Positions 37,025-47,974 of a stretch of 64,000 bases of DNA are shown here, one piece after another. The stretch covers positions 37,138,001 to 37,202,000 of the forward strand of contig NC_043002.1 in assembly GCF_006345805.1 (NCBI RefSeq), written 5' to 3'. The notes under the pieces are model-generated. The model worked only from the letters and a program-made list of their open reading frames with translations. It was not told the origin of the DNA and ran no database searches. Numbering within the stretch: the first letter of the stretch is position 1; each line of letters opens with the position of its first letter. The position numbers and the translations under genes were made by a program. The DNA comes from Octopus sinensis. Lineage: Eukaryota.

Positions 37025-37821
37025 CTACCCTATATGTCTACCTGCTCATGCCATGTTTACCGGCATGTGTCTAGGGGATGGCCAGACATTTACTATAGAA
37101 GTTTTCCCCTACATATAATACAGGAGCTGTACATTCATAAGCAGATGTTCTTCACAAATAGCTTCCGTCAGAAACGGAGATTTTTTTTTTTAAAAAAAGA
37201 AACAGCCAAAAGAAAAAAAAAATATATATATAGATAAAACCAAAATAATAACCAAACAGACAGAAACTATTTCCTGAGCCACATGCCTGTTTTATTGCAG
37301 ATTAGAAGTCAGGATTCATAAATTACATCTATTTTCATAGGAAGCAGTTCAGAAAGATACTTGGAAAAGTAACCAGGTTGAAGCAGGAGCAGTGTGCACA
37401 AAGTATCGAATATCAAGCATAGAATAAATGATGTTGGTAATGCCGTGCAAACATTATATTGGATATTGATAATCATTATTTTCTCCCATTGCTCAATCAT
37501 ATACCATACTATTCTGAAAATTAACTACTATAATAATTACTACATATTGATATCACCAGGGTTCTTGTGAGATATATCACTCTCATGTACATGCAGCACC
37601 CAATGCATACATAGCTAAATACATACATATATATATATGTAAACATGTATACACATACACACACATATATGTATATGTATATACATATGTATATACATAC
37701 ATACACACATACATACATATGTATTTATGTATGGATATATGTGTGTGTGTGTGTACAGGTGTGGAATCCTAAGTCAAGAAAACTACCATAAAATAAAAAA
37801 CATCAAAATATATTATTATTA

Positions 37822-37862
<41 letters not shown>

Positions 37863-38216
37863 GTAGTAGTAGTATCATTATTATTATCCTTTTATTAATT
37901 GCATTGCTAATTAGCTCCATCTTAGTAGTAATTTCTATGTTTCAGATAAATAACAATTATTAAATAACAATTATGTTTCTAGAACTGCTGAAGTAAGAAT
38001 AGGCCATATTTCACACCTTTCTCTTCACTCTATATATATATTTTGTAGCATATAACAGAGGTGTTAGTTTGAAGATTTCTACAGCTAAGAATCTTATAAA
38101 TATTCAAATTTTTGCAACCATATGTTTGAATTAATATACAGCTCAATTCATGTCATTGTATGTTTGTGAGAGTCTCCATTAGTGAGAGTTTGCATGTTTA
38201 TGTACACACAAACACA

Positions 38217-38254
<38 letters not shown>

Positions 38255-38406
38255 TATGTTGTATTATGTTAGGAACATGGTAGAGTACAGCATAAAGCTC
38301 ATTCACCTTTAGAATTACACAGTACTATTGGTAGTATTATTATATACTTCCAAGTTTATGTGTGGGTATTCATCATGAAGAAGGAGTATGGTTGGACATT
38401 CATTTA

Positions 38407-38439
<33 letters not shown>

Positions 38440-38473
38440 TATATATAATATATATATACATACATATTTTTTT

Positions 38474-38892
38474 TCTTTTACTTGTTTCAGTCATTTTGAC
38501 TGTGGCCATGCTGGAGCACCGCCTTTAGTCGAGCAAATCGACCCCGGGACTTATTCTTTGTAAGCCCAGTACTTATTCCATCGGTCTCTTTTGCTGAACC
38601 GCTAAGTGACGGGGACGTAAACACACCAGCATCGGTTGTCAAGCAATGCTAGGGGGACACACACACACAAACACACACACACACACACACCACACACACA
38701 CACACATCCACATATATATACATATATATGACAGGCTTCTTTCAGTTTCCGTCTACCAAATCCACTCACAAGGCTTTGGTCGGCCCGGGGCTATAGCAGA
38801 AGACACTTGCCCAAGATGCCACGCAGTGGGACTGAACCCGGAACCACGTGGTTGGTTAGCAAGCTACTTACCACACAGCTACTCCTGCGCCT
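38474..38892 (-). mobile_element. SINE family 1, full-length young copy
   Basis: Reverse complement nearly identical to 20088-20496. Confidence 0.92.
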
Positions 38893-39057
38893 ATGTTTAT
38901 GTATTTATTTTGCAACATTCTTTATGTGAAATTGTGGGATGAAACAGATATTGTCATATTTGGGGATGGTCACGTTGCCAGTTTAGCCAATGAAAACACA
39001 CACACAATTTATTCGGTGTTCGCTTGCTTCAGCTTTAGTTCATATTAATTATATTTT

Positions 39058-39101
39058 GGCCAGAGTTCTTTTGTCACACTTCTGTGACTTCATCAGTGGT
39101 C
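39058..39101 (-). ncRNA. Decayed type I hammerhead motif
   Basis: Reverse complement GACCA-CTGATGA-A-GTCAC-agaagt-GTGAC-AAAA-gaac-TC-TGG; GAAA appears mutated to AAAA. Confidence 0.45.
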
Positions 39102-39397
39102 CTTCGCTTTCTTCTTTCTTTTTTGTGACTCTCCTTCCTGACGACCTGCCATTTTGTATTCCTGTTGCATGTGTGTTTGTGCATGCATATATCCCTGTGT
39201 GTGCGTCTGTTTGGTGTATGTGTGTGTGGGAATGTGTATGGTACCCAAATTATCAGAATCCCCTGTTTATTCACGCGTTCATTTTATTTTATTTTATTTT
39301 ATTTAGGTAGGTAGGTAAGTAGGTAGGTAGATAGGTAGGTAGGTAGGTAGGTAGGTAGGTACATATGTAAGTAAACAGGTAGGTAAAAAGGTAGATT

Positions 39398-39931
39398 CAG
39401 TGTTTCTCAACCAGGGTCTACAAGGCCCTTGGTTGTCCATTTAAGATTTTGTTGTTAAAGTTTAATCTGCAATAAATTTATTATATTCTACAATACATGA
39501 AACATTTTAACAATTCTTTTATATAATCTCTCTATATATATAAACGGCAAAATGTCTGTGTGTGTCCTTTATACAAATCCACAATTTTTCAGTTAGAGGG
39601 CTCGCACTTTCTATGGTCATTTAAAACCGTCCAAGGGTGGTCATGCAACACCCAACAAAGCCATTAAAAAATCAATAGAAGTGACTTTTTTGTGAATTTT
39701 CTATCCAAAACCCAATCAAAATGCCCGAAACTTGATACACCAGTTGAATGCCAGCTAGCTGTATGCGATTGGTCGGAGATTTGGACAGTACTCGCATGTA
39801 TGTGCACACGAATGCAGCTGTATACGCATGCACTAGCACTATGACCCGGCGTTGGGAGGTCATAGTGCTAGTTCCTAATAATAATTAATTATAAAAGGCA
39901 CTCATAGGTGAAAAATGGTTGGGAAACATTG
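39398..39931. mobile_element. hAT (Charlie-type) MITE interrupted by a Helitron
   Basis: TIRs CAGTGTTTCTCAACCA / TGGTTGGGAAACATTG; homologous to 22589-22833. Confidence 0.75.
39527..39871 (+). mobile_element. Non-autonomous Helitron (345 bp)
   Basis: A|TCTCTCTATATATATAAA 5' end; 3' hairpin CTAGCACTATGACC...GGTCATAGTGCTAG ending CTAG|T; no TSD. Confidence 0.75.
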
Positions 39932-40444
39932 TATTAAATGGACAGATTGGATGGATGGACAGATTGCATGGGTAGATAGATGGACAGCGGGATAGATAGT
40001 TGGTTGGTTATATATGCCTTTCAGCATTGAGGAAATATTAAAGATTTAAACAAACTAGAGATTTCTAAAAAAAAAAAAGCAAAAAAAAAACAGTCTGCAC
40101 CATTCATTGGTCAGGTCAAGAATTGACTAGAACCACAGACAAGAAAACCCTGTGTCATCTTGTGGAAAGGAAGAAGAGAGTAACTGGTGCTTCTTGAGAA
40201 AGAGAAATTCTATTGTTCTATTGTTCTAAACAAATATAAAGGATGCATACAGAAATAATAAAAAAATCTCAAATAGAAAGCATTAAACTCAAATAGTCAT
40301 GTTTGCATCTTAATATAGATGTATGTTTGTTCCTCTTTCAGCCAGTCTGTATGTATAATTGAATGTATGTATCCAGCTATCCACCTATGTATTTCTTTGT
40401 ATGTATCAACATGGGCATGTATATAAGTATATACGTGCCTGTGT

Positions 40445-40447
40445 GTC

Positions 40448-40504
<57 letters not shown>

Positions 40505-40588
40505 ATGACTGTGTGTTTGTGTAAGATATATATAGATGTATGTAGATATGTATACATAATATATGTGTGTGTATATTTATATATACAC

Positions 40589-40684
<96 letters not shown>

Positions 40685-40720
40685 ATATATGTATGTAAAT
40701 ATATATATATATATAAATAT
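40445..40720. repeat. (TG)n/(AG)n/(TA)n microsatellite block
   Basis: Direct inspection. Confidence 0.95.
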
Positions 40721-41194
40721 CAAAAGGAGAAATTATACAAAATGTATAAGTAGATGAGTAAAGCACCGGCAGTTTTGATTACCTGTTGTTATCCGTAGAT
40801 ACACACACACACACACACACACATGCGCACACATATATATGTATATGTGTGTGTGTCACTGTGAGCATAAAAATGTATTCATACACACCTACACTCAACA
40901 TATATGCCTATGCAGATAAACATTTCTGAAAAAATATATTTAATTATGCATTTTGATAGGAACATATACTGACATTGACAGACAGGTATACTAACTCCTT
41001 TCACATAGATTTACATAAGCAAATACATAAATGCATACACATACCCACTTACAGAAATTGATGCACATATTCACATTCATATTCTTTATACATACATATA
41101 CACACTTTCATTTGGGATCACCAGCACTTTATTATCTCCCTATTTTTCAACCTCTTCTTTCAGACTTTTTTCTAATCATTTGCTATGCATGACC

Positions 41195-41380
41195 GCTAAA
41201 TCTACAAGTTTTTTTCATTCTCTCTCTGTTTATTTTCTCTTATTCCTTTCTGTTGAAAACCGTAGGCTTGAGCACAAAATACTTTTTTATTTTCCCAAGC
41301 ATCAAACTAATACATCTGCTTGTTGTTCCTACACCTGTCTTCGTCTTTTGTTTATCTATAAATTTCAACTATATATTATA
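41195..41380 (+). mobile_element. Family C element, decayed
   Basis: cctttctgttgaaaaccgtaggcttg...cccaagcatcaaactaatacatctgcttgttgttcctacacc. Confidence 0.6.
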
Positions 41381-41591
41381 CGCTCACGTGGTAAGCCCAG
41401 TTTTATCCTGCCTTAACTTCCTTCTCTTTTGATTTGCATATGTTAACCATTTCCCAAACTTTCTGCACCTCTCCTCATCTCTCTCTCCCCTCTCTATGTA
41501 TATCTATATATATATATATATATATGAATTTTTTGCATAATGAGATAAAAAATCAAGGGTGTATAGATATTAGAGCATTTATAGATAGAAG

Positions 41592-41643
41592 GTCTTACAG
41601 CTGTTTCTATGATATTTATTAATTATATTCCTTCATCAGAGAC
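41592..41643 (-). ncRNA. Type I hammerhead motif (family B), weak stem II
   Basis: Reverse complement GTCT-CTGATGA-(25 nt)-GAAA-C-AGCT-G-TA-AGAC; palindromic loop, GUA triplet, 4-bp stem I. Confidence 0.65.
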
Positions 41644-41842
41644 TGTGTGAGAGGAAAAATTATGTCATAGTTAGTTTCGATGTGATACAGATAGAGAGTA
41701 AGGTGGAGGAAAGAAAATAGACGTAAGATATGTATAGTTATTGAATTCGTTAATCTGTTTTATAGGTATAATGGAATATATGTGTAATATTCCAATATCC
41801 TTTGAGTAAAATCCAAAATATGTATATATATGTTTAGCTCTG

Positions 41843-41975
41843 AATAAGCTGAATAACTATAAGTCTCCAGGGTCTGATGGAATCTGTACAGAAGTCTTGA
41901 AATTTGGGGGTGACAAAATGTTTGAACTCTTAATTATATTAATTTTTCACTGTTGGAGAACTGAAAGGTGTTGTA
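41843..41975 (+). mobile_element. RTE-BovB-type fragment
   Basis: Near-identical to 31612-31740 (aataagctgaataac..aagtctccagggtctgatggaatctgt). Confidence 0.8.
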
Positions 41976-42041
41976 TATATATATATATATATCAATGTAT
42001 GTGTGTGTATATATATATATATATCAATGTATGTGTGTGTG

Positions 42042-42098
<57 letters not shown>

Positions 42099-42102
42099 CA
42101 TA

Positions 42103-43391
42103 CGAGGGGCGTTCAATAAGTAATGCCCCTGACCCACTTCCCATAGCAGTAGAGCAACGAAACTTGGAACAGTTATTAGTCTTTTTCTACATAGGAACCA
42201 CCCAGAGTTACGCATTTCTCCCATCGTTTGATGCAGCTCTGAAGACCATTTTTGTAGAAGACCCCAGCTTGGTCCTCCAACCATGACGTGACTTCAGAAA
42301 TCAATGCTGCATCATCTGGGAAACGCTTTCTTTTCAAAAACAACTTCATGGCTGGGAAGAGGTGAAAATCAGAGGGTGCAAGGTCAGGAGAGTAGGGGGT
42401 ATGGGGGATGAGTTCATAGCCGCACGCCTGTGCTTCTGATCTGGCAACACGCGAGTTGTGGATCGGAGCGTTGTCCTGCAGGAGGAGGATGCCTTTGCTG
42501 ATCTTGCCCCGCCTCTTGATTTTGATAGCTTCTCTTAATTTCCTCAAAAGTGAAGCATAATAGACTCCTGTAATTGTGGCACCCTTTGCCAGGAAATCTG
42601 TCTTCACTACTCCGTCCTGGTCCCAGAAGACTGTAAGCATGACCTTGCCAGCGGAGGGCTGCACCCTTGCCTTCTTTGGAGGAGGTGAGTCACGGTGCTT
42701 CCACTGCATTGACTGGGGTTTGGTCTCTGGATCATAGTGATGGACCCAGGTTTTATCCTATGCAATCAGTCTTTTGAAAAATTTTGACTCATCTTCTTGG
42801 CACATCTCCAAATTCATCCTCGAGCAATCGATGCGTTTTGCTTCTGGAAAGGTGTGAGCATCTTGGAATCCATCTGGCAGACACCTTTTGCATATGCAAA
42901 TGGTCATGAATGATAGTTTCCACAGACCCGGTACTAATCTTGACCTCATGGGCGATTTGGCGAATAGTTATGCGCGATCTTCCAAAATGGCAGCCTCAAC
43001 TTGACAGACAGATGCCTCATTAATGGCAGAAGGGGGCGACCAGATCTGGGAGCTGTTTCCACAGAGTTCCGACCATGTTTGAATTCACGAGGCCAGCGTT
43101 TTACAAGGTCATATGATGGGGCATCATCACCATAAGTTACTTTCATTTCATCAAAAGTCTCCCGTGGTGTGCGTCCTTTCAAATACAAAAACCGGATCAC
43201 TGCTCGACACTCAACATGCTCCATTTCACACTTGACTCAGTTAAAACACCTGTAAATCTGAAACCACAATTAGTTCAGAGCTGTAATTTGCCACTTAATC
43301 TATAGAAATAGAAATAATTGCACATGCAAAATTTCAGCTAGATAAAACAACTGCAAGTGGGTCAGAGGCATTACTTATTGAACGCCCCTCG
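42103..43391 (-). mobile_element. Full-length mariner (DD34D) transposon, inactive
   Basis: About 36-bp TIRs CGAGGGGCGTTCAATAAGTAATGCCYCTGACCCACTT, TA on both sides, 1289 bp. Confidence 0.95.
42176..43224 (-). pseudogene. mariner transposase pseudogene
   Basis: MEHVECRAVIRFL.., IA*DKTWVHHYDPETK (stop before first catalytic D), QDNAPIH and YSPDLAPSD with D34D spacing; frameshifts in the N-terminal half. Confidence 0.92.
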
Positions 43392-43515
43392 TATATCAAT
43401 GTGTGTGTGTGTATATATATTTATATATGATATACATATATATACAAACAGATATATATGTATGTGTTTGCATCTTTATGTTGATTTGTGTAACTAAAAT
43501 CTTTTCTATGTATTA

Positions 43516-43547
<32 letters not shown>

Positions 43548-43559
43548 CTGTCAAGTCTG

Positions 43560-43760
43560 CCTGACTGGCTCCTGTGCCAGTGGCATGTAAAAAGCACCCA
43601 CTATCCTTTCGGAGTGGTTGGCATTAGGAAGGGCATCCAGCCGTAGAAACATTGCTAGATCAGATTCGAGTCTGGTGTGGCCACTGGCTCTCCAGACCTC
43701 AGTGAAACCGTCCAACCCATGTCAGCATGGAAAACGGACACACAATGATGATGATGACGA
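43560..43760 (+). mobile_element. Short element with RTE-type 3' tail
   Basis: gtgccagtggcatgtaaaaagcaccc...ccgtccaacccatgtcagcatggaaaacggac+(GAT)n. Confidence 0.8.
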
Positions 43761-43761
43761 C

Positions 43762-44217
43762 GGGTTTCTTTCAGTTTCCATCTACCAAATCCACTCACAA
43801 GGCAGTGGTTGGCCGAGGCTATAGTAGAAAACACTTGCCCAGTGTGCCACACAGTGAAACTGAACCTGGAACCATGTGGTTGGGAAGCATACTTTTTAAC
43901 ACACAGCCACTCCTGTGCCTAAATACATGTGTGTGTGTCTATGTGTGTGTGCATGTGTGTGTATTTGTGTATGTGTGTGCATATCTGTGTGCATGTGTGC
44001 ACATGTTCATGCATGCTTGTGTGTGTGTGCATGTTTGTATGTGTGTGTGTGTGATGGGCTTCCACACAGTTTCTATCTACCAAATACACTCACAAGGCAT
44101 TGCTCAACACAGGGCTGTAGCAGAAGACACTTGCCCAAAGGTGGCATACAGAGTAACTAAACCTGAAGCTATGAGATTGCATATCATACTTCTTAACTAC
44201 ATGGCTACACCTGCACT
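43762..44217 (-). mobile_element. Two tandem SINE family 1 head fragments (43762-43920 and 44055-44217)
   Basis: Both match the reverse complement of the family 1 head. Confidence 0.7.
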
Positions 44218-44561
44218 TATAAATCCTTCCTTATTCTCATATGGCTACACCTGCACTTATAAATCCTTCCTTATTCTCATATGGCTACACCTGCACTTAT
44301 AATCCTTCCTTATTCTCATATGCTACACCTGCACTTATAATCCTTCCTTATTCTCATATGGCTACACCTGCACTTATAAATCCTTCCTTATTCTCATATG
44401 GCTACACCTGCACTTATAAATCCTTCCTTATTCTCATATGGCTACACCTGCACTTATAAATCCTTCCTTATTCTCATATGGCTACACCTGCACTTATAAA
44501 TCCTTCCTTATTCTCATATGGCTACACCTGCACTTATAAATCCTTCCTTATTCTCATATGG
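44201..44561. repeat. 40-bp minisatellite, 9 copies
   Basis: Unit ATGGCTACACCTGCACTTATAAATCCTTCCTTATTCTCAT; units 3 and 4 carry single-base deletions. Confidence 0.97.
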
Positions 44562-45184
44562 GTCTTTAGAATCTTAGTCAGTCACCAGTTTCAGGCACGA
44601 AACACTAGCAAGGGGTTCAGCACTTTCGCTTTAGTTCACCATCATTATTAACATCAACATTATACTGTCGACATCTGCACCTTTCCTTTACATGCTGTCC
44701 ATGGTTATAGACCAATATCGCTCCAATTGTTTTCCATATTGTTTGTCTTTTCTTATTTTTTCTGCTACACCTCACAATCTAGTCATCTGCTTCGTGTACT
44801 TATCTCCAGATTGTGTAGTTGTTCGTTTCTTTTATTTTTTTTTTTCCTTGAAGACATTGTTGTTTGTTGTATGTCTGAATGTATAAGACTATGGTGGAGT
44901 ATTGACATTTGTGAGTTTAAATTCTTGTCTGTTAGTGCACATGTCTGAGTAGGTGTATGAAAAGAATAAGGTGATGGTGGTGATGGTAGTGTTGTTGTTG
45001 GTGGTGGTGTTTGTGGCGGTGGTAGTGGTGGTGATGGAGGTAATGGTGATAGTTGTGGTTGTGAGGAGGCTGTGGCAGTGGGATGGTGGTTGTAGTGGGA
45101 CAGAGAGTGGGTGGATAATAGGTGAAATTTTCAGCATCTGAAAGAATTGTTATTCAATCTAATTGTTAAGAAAGATCTATTCTA

Positions 45185-45226
<42 letters not shown>

Positions 45227-45357
45227 ACACACGCACAAAAAAATTATAAAGGAGAAGAAAATAAAAATTGGCATTGAATCAGAAATGTCTTGAGATTGGA
45301 GAAATTGGAAAGAAGCTACTATTACTAATATACTTGCCTAAACTATTCATGCATGAA

Positions 45358-45392
<35 letters not shown>

Positions 45393-45530
45393 GCATGATA
45401 ATATTGATGAAGAGGAGAAGAATAAAGATTATATTGATGATGATGATGATGATGATGAAATAAAAGTAGAAAAAGATGATGATGATAATAATAGCGATGA
45501 TGATGGTGATTACGGTGATGATGATGTTAA
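45358..45530. repeat. (GAT)n-rich trinucleotide repeat
   Basis: Direct inspection. Confidence 0.9.
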
Positions 45531-46688
45531 ATCTGCAAACTTACTAGAAATATTGGGCATCATTCTCACTGAACATAAAATATTATCTTAATGTACTTCT
45601 CTTACACCACAACTAGTTGTTTCTTTCAGTAAAGTATATACCTGACTCCTCTCCAAAAGGCTAACTTTTTAAGGTGACTTTAAGGTGTCTCTTTAAGAAT
45701 CATGCAAAGAATTGCCAAAGTAGTGTTTCAGACGTGAGTTTAAAGTTTTGCTATTTAGTAACAAATCAACCCTCATCATGTAGATCTATAAGCAAAGGAG
45801 TTCCAACAAGGGCTCTCCTGTCAAGTCTTTTTTTATTTGTATGAGGGATTACACTATCATTTAAGGGAAATTTAGGAACTATTTGTAGCAAGCTGAGTGA
45901 GCCCCTAGGGACACTTTCATTGCCTTATGAGTCAGAAAGGTTAAGCAAACTCAGAGATTAGTTTTAGTCTCTTCAGTGGTGAGTTATAAGGTTGATTTAG
46001 AGATGAATCATAAAGTGGGTCCAAAAGCACTGTGTAAGGTGGATCTTAAATTAAGTATTAAGCACTTTGTAAGATTGACCTCAAATCAAATGCTAAGCAG
46101 TTTTTAAGGTTGATCTTAATTAAGTCACAATATTTGTATACACTCAAAGAGGAACTCATAACTGTGATTTTGAATTGATTTGGGAAATTTTAATTCTTGG
46201 GTGGTACCTGAGTTGTTGTTGTAGTAGTTGTTATTGTTGTTGTTTAGGACTAGATTAGTTCTGACTGATTAGACCTAATAACAAAGATATACCAGTCATG
46301 ACCATCCTGTCTTTTTTTTTTTTTTTATAGCAGAGACTACTTTGCCAAACGTGCCTTTTTTAAGGCATCATAATTTGATGGAATTTGGTTGCTATTTCTA
46401 TTAGGTAGTTTGACTGCATATAGACTCCCTTGTAATATAACTCTTGAGTTCAATCTATATTTAAATCAAGAGATAGATTATATGGTAAATAATAAAACAA
46501 ACTTTTTGGTAGAGAGTAATGTTAATTTTCAGGCCAAGCTTGTGGAAATTTCAGTTTATAGATACATATGGAAGTTTGTTTTTGGGTGATTTCAGATCAC
46601 TGAACCTAAAAATCACATTTGGTTTTTTTGGTTTCTTTTTTCCTGTAATATCAATTTTTGCCAATACTGTAAATAATGTCCATAATAT

Positions 46689-47090
46689 AGGCACTGGAGT
46701 GGCTGTGTAGTAAGAAGCTTGCCTCTCAACTACATGTTTCCAGGTTCAGTCCCACTGCATAGCACTTTGGGCAAGTGTCTTCTACTATAGCCTTGGGCTG
46801 ACCAAAGCCTTGTGAGTGGATTTGGTAGGCGGAAACTGAAAGAAACCTATCATATATATATATGCATTTATTTGTGTGTGTGTGTCTGTGTTTGTCCCCC
46901 CACCATCGCTTGACAACTGATGTCGGTGTGTTTACATCCCCATAACTTAGCAGTTTGGCAAAAAAGACCCTGATAAAATACGTACTAAGCTTACAAAGAA
47001 TAAGTCCTGGGTCGATTTGTTCAACTAAAGGTGATGCACCAGCATGGCCACAGTCAAATGACCGAAACAAGTAAAACAATAAAAGAATAA
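46689..47090 (+). mobile_element. SINE family 1, full length
   Basis: Colinear with the 20088 copy. Confidence 0.9.
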
Positions 47091-47127
47091 ATATATTGAA
47101 CCTACACCATTTTTAATAATTGCAATT

Positions 47128-47300
47128 ACACTCTTGGAGTGATTGGCATTAGGAAGGGCATCCAGCCATAGAAACCATGCCACACCAAATTGGAACTTGG
47201 TGCAGCTCCCCAGCTTAACAGTTCTGTCAAGCCGTCCAACCCATGCCAGCATGGAAAACGGATGTTAAATGGTGGTGATGATGATGATGATGATGATGAA
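47128..47300 (+). mobile_element. Short RTE-tail element
   Basis: acactcttggagtgattggcattaggaagggcatccagcc...gcatggaaaacggatgttaaat+(GAT)n. Confidence 0.8.
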
Positions 47301-47974
47301 AAAGTACATGATTGCAAAGCTACTCAGTTAGAACTGCTGTGGCATTAAACAACAATAACCACAAGCTATTGCATCATGCAACATAAAACAAAACTAAGAG
47401 GAAAGAACATTAGTTTGTAAACACAACAAATCTGTACAGAATAAACAAATAAAAATATATGATTAACCATAGAAGCTATATTAATAATGCAAGCATTACC
47501 ATAATGCAAAAATTACCACGTAGATAACACAGCCCAGTTGCAAATGAAAGCCCGTCCCTAATTATAGGCAGTAAACTAAATAAGGTATAAAATTAAAAAA
47601 AACAAGCAGGATGGAAATGTTCAAAGTTTGTTATTCTGATATCACTGAGATGACATAAACTTGCTGATCCCAACCCACTATAAAGACTGCCATGTCATAC
47701 ACCACCACCAACCACTTCATCCTGAAGATAAGACTGTAATTGTCTAGGAATTTTGATGAACTGGAAAATATTAATGTTCTAACAGAATTTAATGGACAAA
47801 TAAGATATAACATCCTGAGAAATTATAAAAGTTCAACAGAGTCATATTTTTAATAATACATGAAGAAGCTGTAGTCTGTACACACACTCACACACACTAA
47901 GGCAAAGACATGCTCACTGTCACATGTACACACATACCTACTTACATATATATATGTGGGTGTATGCGTATGTT

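Noticed and set aside
44201-44561. Regular 40-bp array resembling CRISPR
   Set aside because: Units are contiguous with no unique spacers, there are no cas genes, and the context is eukaryotic.
45268-45591. Asp/Glu-rich ORF (also 57026-57490)
   Set aside because: Produced by (GAT)n and (GAA)n repeats; no recognisable domain.
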